Source of the DNA: Octopus sinensis
Lineage: Eukaryota
Assembly: GCF_006345805.1 (NCBI RefSeq)
Contig: NC_043015.1
Span: forward strand, 45,012,001-45,076,000
Direction: 5' to 3'
DNA length: 64,000 bases
Numbering within the stretch: the stretch's first letter is position 1; each line of letters starts with the position of its first letter. Both the position numbers and the translations under genes were made by a program. Of the stretch, positions 48,843 to 60,371 are shown one piece after another. Under the pieces are notes generated by a model, which did not search any database, had not been told where the DNA came from, and saw nothing but the letters and a program-made list of their open reading frames with translations.

Positions 48843-49247
48843 ATTCAGGTCACTGCTTGGAACCGAACTCGGAATCTCGGGGTTAGTAGCCCGTGCTCTT
48901 AACCACTACGCAATATGCCCGTGAGCCCACAGGCATATGGCGTAGTGGTTAAGAGCGTGGGCTACTAAACCCAAGATTCTGAGTTCGATTCCAAGCAGTG
49001 ACCTGAATAATGACAATAATAATAATAATTAATTCTTTTATTGGCCACAAGAGCTGACCATCACCAAACCAACACCAAGAAAGAAGACAACAACAATAAT
49101 AATAATGTCTAAAATACCTTAGGAATGAGAACCCAGGTTCGAAATTTCCTCAAGACACCTGATGAAGGCTGGAGAGCATATCAGCCGAAATGTTGTGTTA
49201 ACAACAAACAAGATGTGGACAAATATCCGTCAAATGTAAATAATGTA
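48843..49247 (+). mobile_element. tRNA-headed element with an inverted 5' duplication and a hammerhead-bearing tail
   Basis: A box TGGCGTAGTGG 48938-48948; B box GAGTTCGATTCC 48981-48992; 48843-48919 is the reverse complement of 48932-49008; hammerhead core at 49154-49199; (AAATGT)-type tail. Confidence 0.7.
49154..49199 (+). ncRNA. Minimal type-I hammerhead ribozyme (C-to-U change in the ACGU palindrome)
   Basis: GACAC-CUGAUGA-A-GGCUG(10-nt loop)CAGCC-GAAAUGUU-GUGUU: 5-bp stem I, 5-bp stem II, intact core. Confidence 0.6.
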
Positions 49248-49648
49248 AAGTAAAAACATTCAACAAAACAACATCATCCTTAATTACCCTCCGAAATATT
49301 CCCTGTGACAATAAAGCTGACAGCAGTATGATTTCTAAAAAGAATTCTTTCACGAGACAAACGGATGGTTAACATGTAGTTTACGACCGTAAAAGCGTGA
49401 AAATAGATTGTCTTAAAAATAATGAAAATAAATTGCGATGGAAACCAGAAGTGATGACACTGACCTTCCATAATTCCATGTAAACAATGTGTGTATAACC
49501 AATGTATAGAACATACATATTATTTAGGTAATCTTTCTACGAGAAACACGTGAAGTGAAAGTATTTCGGTAATCACTTGCTTTTGGTCTCAGAACTGTCA
49601 AACCATTAAAATCTTTTATTTCTTTAACTTTTTTCCAGCTGAATGGCT

Positions 49649-49925
49649 TCATCATCATCATCATCATAGTTTAACGTCCGCTTTCCATGCTAGCATGGGT
49701 TGGATGATTTTGACTGAGGGCTGGCGAACCAGATGGCTGCACCAGGCTTCAATCTTGATCTGGCAGGGTTTCTACAGCTGGATGCCCTTCCTAACGCCAA
49801 CCACTTCGAGAGTGTAGTGGATGCTTTTACGTGCCACCGGCACGGGACCAGTCAGGCGGCACTGGCAACGACCTCGAGTGCCAGTAATGCAACGCTGGTA
49901 ATGATCACGCTCGAATGGTGCCTTT
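49649..49925 (-). mobile_element. RTE-LINE 3' end (family B)
   Basis: (CAT)n tail signature. Confidence 0.8.
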
Positions 49926-51263
49926 TAAGTTCTTATGTTTATATAAAGGCTTGTGTTTATATATTTTTGTGTATATGTGTATGTGTTTATGTAGGAGTGT
50001 GTATGTATGTATATTTGTGTACGTAAGTATATGCATTAATATAACATGAAAAGCGAACATATATACTCTTTTACTTGTTTCAGTCATTTGACTGCAGCCA
50101 TGCTGGAGCACCGCCTTTAGTCGAGCAAATCGACCCCAGGACTTATTCTTTAAATGGAACTAAATCGCCCTGAGATCACACGCAATTTTTTTTTTTTTTC
50201 ATAATCGCGTGAATTCCCGTGTACAAAACACAGATTCGCAAAACTTCCTGAAAATTCAAAAAAAATAAGTCACATACCATCATCAACAACAACTCGACCA
50301 AAGATTGAGCAAAAGTGTCAATGGCTCTACAAAAGTTGGTGGTATTGCATAATCTAATATATTCCATAATCACGATCGACACGTCAGTATTTCGTTTAAG
50401 AGGTTTTGTTAATTACCATATTTACTCACTTATAAGTCATAACCTAATTCTTGTTTTTCAGTTGAAAATCAAAATAGTGTTACTTATATACAAATAAATA
50501 TGGTACGTTTGGGGAGGGGGCGATCTAAAAATACAGAAAAATAAAGTATACAAATAATGAAAGTTAAATAGATCATAAGAACCACTTCATAAAAGTGATC
50601 TTGACATTTAGAATCTTAAAAACAACTATATACACATTTTTTAATTCACTTTTGTGTGAATAAATCGACGACTTAAATTCTTAGACCACTACAAATGGGA
50701 TTAAGTATCCGAACAAAGCAAAAATTAGTATTAAAAAATTAACGACTTTGTTCAACACTTGCTAATTAATTATATTACATTGTTTTAGAATTGTTCATTA
50801 AAAAAAAATGGAAGATTTAAATGCTTTTTTCCACCTTCTGATGTTTCAAATTGTTTACAAATGATTAAGCTTAATGGCAGAAAAGAGAAAACTTGAGGAG
50901 AGTTATTTTTAAATCCAAAATGTCAAGATCGCACAACACTTCTTTTGTTCGGGTTGGATTAAAGAAAGAAAAAAAAAAACAAGAATGACAAAAGAATTTA
51001 GAAAAAAATATAATATTCAAAATTTCTTTTTTTAGAAAAACAAGGAAAAAGACAAGTTTTGCTTATGGTATTGATCATAGACTGGGGAGGTGGGGGTACT
51101 GTGAAATTAGGGACAATAAAGCAAAATGTCACATCTATATAAACAATCTGATGGAATATTCTCAAATATAATGGTAAAACAAGATTGTCAGCCCTAATTG
51201 GTATACAATTAAGGCAAAAAAACAAGAATAAATTTTAAATTTTTCACAGTTTAAGATAGATCT

Positions 51264-52151
51264 TTAACGGCGTTTAGTTCCACCAAATCCAGAGGCTGTT
51301 CGAGTTTCGGAGCTGCTGAAGCTACTTGAGGGGCCAGAATGATAACCTGTTGGTGACCCAAACCAGTCTCTTTGATACCCATCATTGTAATAAGAGTTCG
51401 AGCGGTAACCACCTCTGTTTCCAAAAAGGTAGCCGAGAAATGCACCAGAAGCTAGACCACTGAAAAATCCAGGCTGTTGTCCGGTATTACTGTGAGATGT
51501 GGAGCTGTACGGAGGTGGAGCATCCTGGCCTGAGCAGTAATCGGATCTGAAACCGTATGGCGGTGGAGGGGCACTTGGAGTTGACCCGCTTTGTGCGCCT
51601 CCGGGAAACGATGATGGATTGGTAGGTGTTGCAAAACAAGTACGATACACGAAGAAGATAATCATAATAACAAACAGGAAAGTGAAAATTGAGCCGAACC
51701 CAAAACCCGATTCGTGTTTCGACGAGTAATGGTTGAAGTAACTGCCTGAGCCTTTCTGGTTTACGTAGTCAATGTCGTATTCCAGACCGCAAGAGCCAGC
51801 CAGGATGTAAGGGTCGTCAGCATACTCGTAACCTTCGCACGAGACAACGATCTGTCCGAAGCGATACCTTTTGTCCATGTCCGTTTTACATTCCCACTGG
51901 ATATCGTAGCCGTCCCAACCTCTGTTGTAACACTGGACGGTCTGTGGAATGACGGACCGACATCCTGCTGATCCGCCAGTGCATTTCAACTGAGCGACTG
52001 GGGAAGACCTCCTCGCGGTCGTCATCTGTCCACGATTTAGAGTGATCACGTTGATGTCCTGCAACAGGACTTTCCTTCCTTCGATTTCTTGGCCATAAAT
52101 CAAAACCAGTAAAATAAGTGTAAGTGCGGGAAGTCTCTTGATTTCTGTCAT
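51264..52151 (-). CDS. SARAF: Store-operated calcium entry-associated regulatory factor (SARAF/TMEM66), single coding exon, 295 aa
   Basis: Signal peptide; luminal domain with LTL..G.MTT.RRSSPV.QLKC, VQCYNRGWDGYDIQWECK, SCEGYEY..DPYIL.GSCGLEY and 6 Cys (57, 64, 74, 88, 105, 121); one TM helix (~153-169); PPPY motifs; C-terminal SGFGGTKRR. Confidence 0.95.
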   Translation of the reverse strand: MTEIKRLPALTLILLVLIYGQEIEGRKVLLQDINVITLNRGQMTTARRSSPVAQLKCTGGSAGCRSVIPQTVQCYNRGWDGYDIQWECKTDMDKRYRFGQIVVSCEGYEYADDPYILAGSCGLEYDIDYVNQKGSGSYFNHYSSKHESGFGFGSIFTFLFVIMIIFFVYRTCFATPTNPSSFPGGAQSGSTPSAPPPPYGFRSDYCSGQDAPPPYSSTSHSNTGQQPGFFSGLASGAFLGYLFGNRGGYRSNSYYNDGYQRDWFGSPTGYHSGPSSSFSSSETRTASGFGGTKRR

Positions 52152-52430
52152 CTTTGAGGGTAGCTACACGCTCGTAACGTCGACAAAGCGCTCACTAAGA
52201 GGATATGTCACTTCCACCTGCGAAGGGAGATAATTTGTCGCTTTCTGAGTACTTGCAACTTACTAATTGCTCAGGATACAATTAAGGATCTCTGTAGAAA
52301 ATTCGAAATAAATATATTTAGTTAATCTTCCAAGGCTTTTATAAATGTCATGGTATTTTGTGGGAGTGTGTTTTTCCCAGCTATTAATAGATCAATACAT
52401 TTTCTTTCTCCGAAATAGAGGTATTCACAA

Positions 52431-52438
52431 TGACGTCA
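52431..52438. promoter_or_regulatory. Perfect CRE palindrome upstream of SARAF
   Basis: TGACGTCA about 280 bp 5' of the SARAF ATG; an ETS-like GGAAGTG lies at 52209-52215 on the minus strand. Confidence 0.35.
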
Positions 52439-52768
52439 TATGACAGTGTGTGAACATAGTTGGTAGGAAAACGCAGTTGTTTATTGTAAAAAGAATTTCA
52501 TCAGCTGTATCCACCAGACACGTAACGATAAGCTGTTGGCTAGTTTTTATAATTGTTTCACTTTTAGTAGTATTTACTCAGAAAGAAATATAAATGATGA
52601 TGAAATATGTTGTCACATTTATTCTATGTTGCTTCATTAATTTTTATTTATTTATTTTTAAGAGTTTAAAAATTAGACATTAGAAGTATCAAATAAAGAT
52701 CAAAAATTGGTACTTTCAAAACAACATTTATTAAGAGTTGGGACCAATATCGATATTTTTTTTTAACC

Positions 52769-53176
52769 AGGCGGCGAGCTGGCAGAAACGTTAGCACGCC
52801 GGGCGAAATGCGTAGCCGTATTTCGTCTACCGTTACGTTCTGAGTTCAAATTCCGCCGAGATCGACTTTGCTTTTCATCCTTTCGGGGTCGATTAAATAA
52901 GTACCAGTTACGCACTGGGTCGATATAATCGACTTAATCCGTTTGTCTGTCCTTGTTTGTCCTCTCTGTGTGGGTAGTAAAGAAATAGGTATTTTGTCTG
53001 CTGCTACGTTCTGAGTTCAAATTCCGCCGAGGTCGACTTTGCTTTTCATCCTTTCGGGGTCGATTAAATAAGTACCAGTTACGCACTGGGTCGATATAAT
53101 CGACTTAATCCGTTTGTCTGTTCTTGTTTGTCCTCTCTGTGTTTAGCCCCTTGTGGGTAGTAAAGGAATAGATATT
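52769..53176 (+). mobile_element. SINE family C dimer
   Basis: Head AGGCGGCGAGCTGGCAGAAACG; second, headless unit starts at GTATTT 52989. Confidence 0.85.
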
Positions 53177-53435
53177 TTTTAAACCGTTCCATAGAGACAT
53201 ATATGTTAAATTTGGAAACTTTTTGTAGTAATCCAGATCAGAATTTTATCTAGCATTTTCTATTTTGGAACGTTTCACTTTTCACCTAAACAATTCTGCA
53301 TTTTACATTTTCCGTATAGCTTCATTGCAATCTTCCTAATAAATGTTAGAAAGTTATTTCAAATATTTATTTACTTCTGTAGTTTTCAGAAAAAAGCTTT
53401 TCTCTGTAAATTTTTTTTTTAAATTCGGAAAAGTT

Positions 53436-53497
53436 GGATCTTTTCGCTTTGACCGGCAGATTTTTTTAATAATTTCTTTGTCAAAGCGAAAAGATCC
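53436..53497. mobile_element. 62-bp remnant of the 7872-type MITE with perfect 18-bp inverted ends
   Basis: GGATCTTTTCGCTTTGAC ... GTCAAAGCGAAAAGATCC, followed by TTTAA. Confidence 0.7.
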
Positions 53498-54768
53498 TTT
53501 AATTGGGGTGGAGTGAGGGGAAATTAAAAGCGAAAAAACAAAACCGACGTATACGACAAGTATGTAAAATATATTTCTGTGTACTGCTTTCTCTGTTCAT
53601 TCGGATAAGCTGTAGAAATGAGGTTAAAACTCGGATCTTGTGAATTTTCCGAGGTCCTCTCCACACCCTCCCGTTGCTTTGCACTCATTTTTTTTTCCAT
53701 TTTCGTTTCCTACACATTTGTTTACACCCATTGCACTATTTTCTTCTGATTATCATTTCCGGGTCAAGTTGAGAGGTAAAAAATTTTTAATAGGTCTTTT
53801 GGACAAAATCCTAATCTCCTACATCGAAAACAGGAATCCGAAGAAATTTTTTTGGGGGAAAAAAAATGGAAGGAACACAAATGTCACCTCCGACATGCTA
53901 GAAACAACAGCTAAATGACATGATTTCTGAAAAAAAAACTTCCTTTAAAGTTTATATCGAAGATCAGGTTTTTAAAATTGCTCATCACAAACGCGAATTA
54001 CAAAATAAAAAAGGTAATTTCAATTGAAGTTGAGCTAGGTAAAACTTCAGTACAAATTATATTATTTCTTGTGTGCATGCGCAAAATTACAGAGATTACG
54101 GATTTTTCTTAAAGAAACGTTCAAACCTCCTTCTCCAACCTCCACCTATCACCTCTCTACTTTCAAAAAGCTAAAATTTCCGAATGTTTCACTTGTAGCT
54201 TTTTTTGAAAGTGGGGAAGTTTTTTTAGAAGTGGTGTCGTTTAGCTATTGTTTCTAGTACATCGGGTTTCCTGGTGGTGGTCTGATATTTTTGACGTTTG
54301 TTATTTCAGTAGAATTCTACGCATGCATGAAACATCAAACGAAAGTGGAACATTCGAAGTTTTTAGCTTTTTAAAAGCAGGGAGGTGGTGGGTAGGTGAG
54401 GTGGGGAGAAGGGGCATTGAGTGTTTATTTAAGAAAAATTAAATTTGGAAAAATTAAAAATTCCCAGATTCATAACCTCTGTATTTTTCTATGTGGATTA
54501 AAAAGAAAATTCGAAAAAAAGTTAAAAATTGGGGTGAAGTTGGGTGAAAATTAAAATTTTGAAAACGTGATCTTTCGGCGAAATCGTATTCTCATGTATC
54601 AAAAACATAGAAATCCGAATAAATTTTTTGGGAAATAAAAAACGGAAGTGAGTGAAATGCATATGAATGAGCGCAGATTGGATCAAACCATAAGCTAAAA
54701 CCCTTCATAACTTTTTTTTATTCTTGTGAATTTTCACAAAATTTTTTTTCGGTTCTGTCTTCTGCACA

Positions 54769-55065
54769 TCATCATCATCGTTTAACGTCCGTTCTCCATG
54801 CTAGCATGGGTTGGACGGTTCGACCGGGGATCTGGGAAGCCAGAAGGCTGCACCAGGCTCCGGTCTTATCTGGCAATGTTTCTAAAGCTGGATGCCCCTC
54901 CTAACACCAACCACTCCGTGAGTGTAGTGGGTGCTTTTTATGTGCCACCTGCACTGGTGCCAGGCGAGGCTGGCATCAGCCACAATTGGATTGGCGCATT
55001 TTATGTGCCACCAGCACGGAAGCCAGTCGAGGCGGCACTGGCTTCGGCCACGATTCGGATGGTGC
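54769..55065 (-). mobile_element. RTE-LINE 3' end (family B)
   Basis: Close match to 10900..11222. Confidence 0.8.
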
Positions 55066-55599
55066 ACAATGGAATTAATATGATTATGCAATGAAATTTT
55101 TATTTTAATATTTTAAACCACCCCTACCCACCTTAATTCTATAAAACTGTGCATAAAATAATCATCGTATTCCAATTTCTTTCTCTTTTCAATGAATAGC
55201 AGATGAGTGACTATCTTTCCATACAGACACAACACAGGCTACACTTTCAGGCTTTTTGGATAAAGTTTTCAGAAATAACCCAATAGGTTTACCATTAATT
55301 CCATGAAATATTCACGGGTCCTGCTAGTAATATTCTATAGTATAACTGCAGTATGGTCAAGATGACATCACAGTACCTGAGCATCCTCTTTGGCTGAAAA
55401 AATACTCGGCTCTAAATTTGAAATAACACTTTTTACTCAAGTCTTACACTGAACTTATTTCTTATAAGTAACTATCATACTTCCATGTTTTTGAGTGTTG
55501 AAATTAATCTTTTTATTCATCAGTGGGTTTTTTTTTCTGTAGCCTTGTGCTAAACTTCTCTAAGCCAGATTAAGAAAAAGAATGGTAGTTATATAGTAT

Positions 55600-55957
55600 C
55601 CAGGTAACCTGTGACAAACTCCACCCATCTAACACCCGTGGACATATTTACAAAGTCAGAAAACAGCATAGCTCCCGTGACTTCAGGAAACATTTTTCAC
55701 GCTGAGAGTTGCTGAAGCATGGAACAAACTGCCGGCATCAGTTGTTAGTTGTTGGAGCACTGCATCCTTCAAAACTTCCATGCTTTCTGAGATTCGCCAA
55801 CACTACACCTGATTTTCTCCCCTCCATACATACACAGGCATGTATCTGACTCATACATTGTTTGCTTTCCAGACATTTTTACATTACTGCATATGCTTTA
55901 TGACAAGTTGTGGTGCACCTGAGCACTGTATACAATAATTTCATTATTATTATTATA
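55600..55957 (+). mobile_element. CR1-clade LINE 3' end
   Basis: TRGHIYKVRKQHSSRDFRKHFFTLRVAEAWNKLPASVV and an (ATT)n tail; a second 3' piece lies at ~56500-56717. Confidence 0.8.
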
Positions 55958-57022
55958 AAATCATGTCTTATCATAATATAAATTCACAATTCTATTTGTA
56001 AATTAATGTGACTTGATTATGCTGCCATGTATATCTTTCAAGTGCTAGTCTGCAACTTGACAGAACATGTCTAACCGTCGCTTTCTCTCCGCATCTACAC
56101 TCATCGGTTTTGTTTATGTTCCATCAGAAAAAGTGATCTGACATCATTCCTAAATGTTAAAAAGCTATTAAACTATTTTGCAATTCTAAGTTTGTCAACA
56201 CCAACAGCTGATAGAAATAAATCATAGTACACAGACGATGGTAGTTCTTTCTAGCAATTTTTAATCCACAGTTGACACTTTTGACACAATTCATGAATGC
56301 AGGGGGTTAACTGCAGAGCATGAATAGTCAGAGTAGAAACATGTACCAATTTAGGGATTTCAAAGAAAGTGCGAATGTCACAATCTGGCTCATAACAGTT
56401 GATAAAGATTTTATACAAAATTATTTAATGCAAGATATCGGTTTTATTTTAAAATAAAAACAGAACAGCTGATGTTTTTAACTAATCTGGTAGTATTTTC
56501 AAATACTGCATCCTTTAAGGCCCTCATGCTTTCTGAAATCTGCCGAAACTACACCTGATTGTCCCCCTTCCATACTCATACACATATGTGTGTGTCATGA
56601 CTCATGCACTGATCTTTTCCTGACGCTTGTACATTACCCTATGTACTATACATACACTTTAGATGAATTGTAGTGCACCTGAGCACTGTACACAATTATT
56701 ATTATTATTATTATTAATAGCAAAACAGATGTTTTTCAAGTATCTACAGTGAAAAAAGATTGGAAAAAAATCATCAGAATATGATGAGATCTTGGTTCGC
56801 TGTATGTACCATTTTGCTTGCAAACTGTTTTTTAAAAGCTATGTGTTACTTATAACAATAATTTTCTGACTGAATCTCAGAACAGTATAAAAGCATAGAG
56901 AGCTTGGAATGTAGGAAGGTGATGTTATATTGAATAAAAATAAAGACAAATAAAAGAACTGTGGATCAATAACTTGAAGAACAGATAAGAAAAAGCATTC
57001 AGTACTATTTTGAAGTATTTAA

Positions 57023-57244
57023 CCCTTTCATTACCAACCCGGCTGAAACCGCCTGTGGCTCTGTAGTACAAATGTCTTGTTTTCATAAGTTTTGAATTAA
57101 AATCTTCCACCAAACCTTAGTCACAATTTATGCTCCTAACACCAGCTTAGTGATAACAAAGTTAATTTACTAAATTCTTTGTTTTATATAAAATTAATTG
57201 AAAGAAATATAGAACATCTCAAGAGAAATACGGTAACAATAGGG
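57023..57244 (+). mobile_element. piggyBac-type MITE
   Basis: TTAA|CCCTTTCATTAC...AGGG|TTAA. Confidence 0.85.
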
Positions 57245-57759
57245 TTAAAGAGATGTAGATGTTAAAAGGGTTTTTTTAAGAAAAATAGGTTTTGTATTTA
57301 GAGATCATAAGAAGAAATGAAGTTCACTGAATAATGACAATGCCACAAAGACTGCACTGTTGCTGTGAATTAATGTATGTGTGTATGGGCTTCCATACTT
57401 ACAAGCAGAAGTAGTCTGGCAGCCACAGTATAATGAAACTTACATGATATCATATTCTTCTGGACATATTCTATTGATAAATTGTGTGAAACAAAACTGT
57501 AACTGCATCATTTAATTGAATAAAGATTGGAAGGCACCTACCTAGTTTGTTTTTTTTTTGTTTTCATTACAACTTATTCAACTTTGGTCAAGAATTTAAA
57601 AAGAAACTGACACTCTGTCGGCTACAACGACAAAGGTTCCAGTATATCAGATCAACAGAACAACCTGCTCGTGACATTAACATGCAAGTGTCTGAGCACT
57701 CCACTTACATGCATCCACTTGAAGTAGTTCCCAGGGATATTCAGCATGACACAGAATGT

Positions 57760-58352
57760 GGCTGGCAGAAACGTTAGCATGCCGGGCGAAATGCTTAGCG
57801 GTATTTTGTCTACCACTACATTCTGAGTTTAAATTCCGTCGAGGTCAACTTTGCCTTTCATCATTTCGGGGTCGATTAAATAAGTACCAGTTACGCACTG
57901 GGGTCGATATAATCGACTTAATCCGTTTGTCTGTCCTTGTTTGTCCTCTCTGTGTTTAGCCCCTTGTGGGTAGTAAAGAAATAGGTATTTCGTCTGCTGT
58001 TATGTTCTGAGTTTAAATTCTGCCGAGGTAGATTTTGCCTTTCATCCTTTCGGGGTCGATTAAATAAGTACCAGTTACGCACTGGGGTTGATATAATCGA
58101 CTTAATCCGTTTGTCTGTCCTTGTTTGTCCCCTCTATGTTTAGCCCCTTGTGGGTAGTAAAGAAATATGTATTTCGTCTGCCGTTATGTTCTGAGTTTAA
58201 ATTCCCCCGAGGTCAACTTTGCCTTTCATCATTTCAGGGTCGATTAAATAAGTACCAGTTACACACTGGGGTTGATATAATCGACTTGATCCGTTTGTCT
58301 GTCCTTGTTTGTCCCCTCTGTGTGTAGCCCCTTGTGGGCAATAAAGAAATAA
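57760..58352 (+). mobile_element. SINE family C trimer (184-bp period)
   Basis: GTATTT unit starts at 57801, 57985 and 58169. Confidence 0.85.
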
Positions 58353-58782
58353 GAATACCTGGAACTAAATTAGCCGACAACTGGGTCATGTGACTTGATG
58401 CTAAGACAAACTCTGGTGAGCCGATGCTCCAGTATTAAGGTTAAAGCAGCCAAATTGGCAAGATGTCTAATATTACAATAAAACGAATATGTTAAACAGT
58501 TCTGCCAAGCCAAACAAAATGACTGGAAACTATAATTTAACTGATGCTGCAATTCCATAGCGTGAAAGGTTGTGTAAAACTGAGAAAAGCATTCGCCTAT
58601 GACCCAGAGGGATGTTAGGTCTAAACAAACCAGCAGACATGTTACACCAGATAGAAGATGATGAAGAATACGATGGTAATAATCTAAGGTCCAAAGAATG
58701 TGAATCCAATGACTGTAGGAATGACAATTTGGTATCTTGTTGATATGAAGCTAACTGTTGGAGATCGATTGAGTCTGTGGTC

Positions 58783-59195
58783 AAGCTGGCAGAAACATTA
58801 GCACGCCGGGCGAAATGCTGAGCTGTATTTCGTCTGCCGCTACGTTATGAGTTCAAATTCCGCCGAGTTCGACTTTGCCTTTCATCCTTTCGGGGTCGAT
58901 AAATGAAGTACCAGTTACGCACTGGGGTCGATGTAATCGACTTAATACCTATGTCTGTCCTTGTTTGTCCCCTCTATGTTTAGCCCCTTGTGGGTAGTAA
59001 AGAAATAGGTATTTCGTCTGTCGCTACGTTCTGAGTTCAAATTCCGCCGAGGTCGACTTTACCTTTCATCCTTTCGGGGTCGATAAATTAAGTACCAGTT
59101 ACACACTGGGGTCGATGTAATCGACTTAATACCTATGTCTGTCCTTGTTTGTCCTCTCTATGTTTAGCCCCTTGTGGGTAATAAAGAAATAGGTA
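58783..59195 (+). mobile_element. SINE family C dimer (184-bp period)
   Basis: GTATTT unit starts at 58825 and 59009. Confidence 0.85.
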
Positions 59196-59408
59196 TGCTG
59201 AGCATTGATATACATGTGAGATAAGGTGTCAGCTGCAGAATTGCTTATGCCTTTAGCATACTGTATGTTCAAAGCATACTGGGAGATGAAATCAAGAAGT
59301 AATAAATCTCTCAGAGAATATTTGTCAGACTTTGATTTTAAGGTAAAGGCTTATGGTAAGTAAAAACTGTAAACTGCTGTTCTTCAAGAAAGTGCCAAAA
59401 ATGTTTAA

Positions 59409-59629
59409 CCCTTTCATTACCAACCCGGCTGAAACCGGCTCTGGCTCTGTAGTACAAATGTCTTGTTTTCATAAGTTCTGAATTAAAATCTTCCACCAAA
59501 TCTTAGTCACAATTCATGTTCCTAACACCAGCTGAATGATAACTAAGTTATTTTACTAGATTCTTTGTTACATTTAAAATAATTGAAAGAAACACAGAGC
59601 ATCTCAAAGTACATGCAGTAACGAAAGGG
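59409..59629 (+). mobile_element. piggyBac-type MITE
   Basis: TTAA|CCCTTTCATTAC...GTAACGAAAGGG|TTAA; TTAA duplicated. Confidence 0.9.
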
Positions 59630-60371
59630 TTAATGTTTAGGGAGACAGCCAAAAGTTCCTTGCTGAAAGTACTACATCAAGTCTCGGCAGGTTTAAGGCA
59701 TTGAAAAAAGCAAGAAATAGGTTACCAGGCGTTTGAAATGAATTGTTGCAAAACTCCACTGACTTCAACATTGGATGCATCAACTATTAATGACAGTAGC
59801 GCATCAAAGGCATGGTGTGACAACAGAGTTACTCTGGATAATATTTCTGATATTTTCAAACGCTTGCAGGTGAGAAAAATTTAGCGACATAGCTTCATTT
59901 GTCTTCTTACGGTTTTATAAAAGTTTAGTGCTTTTAATCATAAATCTGCCTGATCAGTCTTGTGCTAGGGGAAAACAAGAGCCTCTGAAACTTATTATGT
60001 TTTGTCCTGTCTTGTCTTTATAGAAGTGGCATTCATCAATAATAATGCGGATCTTTCAATCGAATAATATATCTGAATTTAACAACACGTAAAATTTCTT
60101 GATATTTGGTTTTTCTGCTTCTAGTATTTGTTGTGAATATTCTACAAATAGCAATAATAACTCTCTGAGATAACAGGGAGATAACTCTTTTGTGTGTAAG
60201 GGGAGCTAACTTAGTCCTACGCCTATCACTAAAATACTTCTGAGATTTTCAGCGGTACGGAATTACTCGAAATGAAAATACACATACATATGTGTGTATA
60301 TATATTGTTTTGCAAAATTCTTCATGTGAAATTCATGTGTTAGAACAGATATTGTTATATTTAGTGATAGT

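Larger units (their letters stand above)
58612..59869 (+). pseudogene. Decayed gene, possibly kinase-like, interrupted by a SINE C dimer and a piggyBac MITE
   Basis: One frame gives ...YEANCWRSIESVVK | VC*ALIYM*DKVSAAELLMPLAYCMFKAYWEMKSRSNKSLREYLSDFDFKVKAY(G|GTAAGT 59356), then (A)KSSLLKVLHQVSAGLRH*KKQEIGYQAFEMNCC...DIFKRLQ|GTGAGA (59870). Several TGA stops; kinase resemblance is by eye only. Confidence 0.3.

Noticed and set aside
48932-49008. True tRNA gene (also the heads at 19023, 29857 and 35900)
   Set aside because: A and B boxes are present, but I could not form a proper acceptor stem or cloverleaf, and the heads run into repeat bodies.
50184-50200. T run as the poly(A) remnant of a SARAF retrocopy
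   Set aside because: It is over 1 kb from the stop codon, with no nearby AATAAA on the minus strand and no TSD; T runs are common here.
39000-52151. Functional link between the SARAF PPxY motifs and the neighbouring HECT-like gene
   Set aside because: PPxY motifs bind WW domains of NEDD4-family ligases. The neighbour has no WW domain and no catalytic Cys, and adjacency in animal genomes implies little.
57760-58352. Regular repeats resembling a CRISPR array or satellite
   Set aside because: The units are 184-bp SINE bodies with no unique spacers, in a eukaryotic context with no cas genes.
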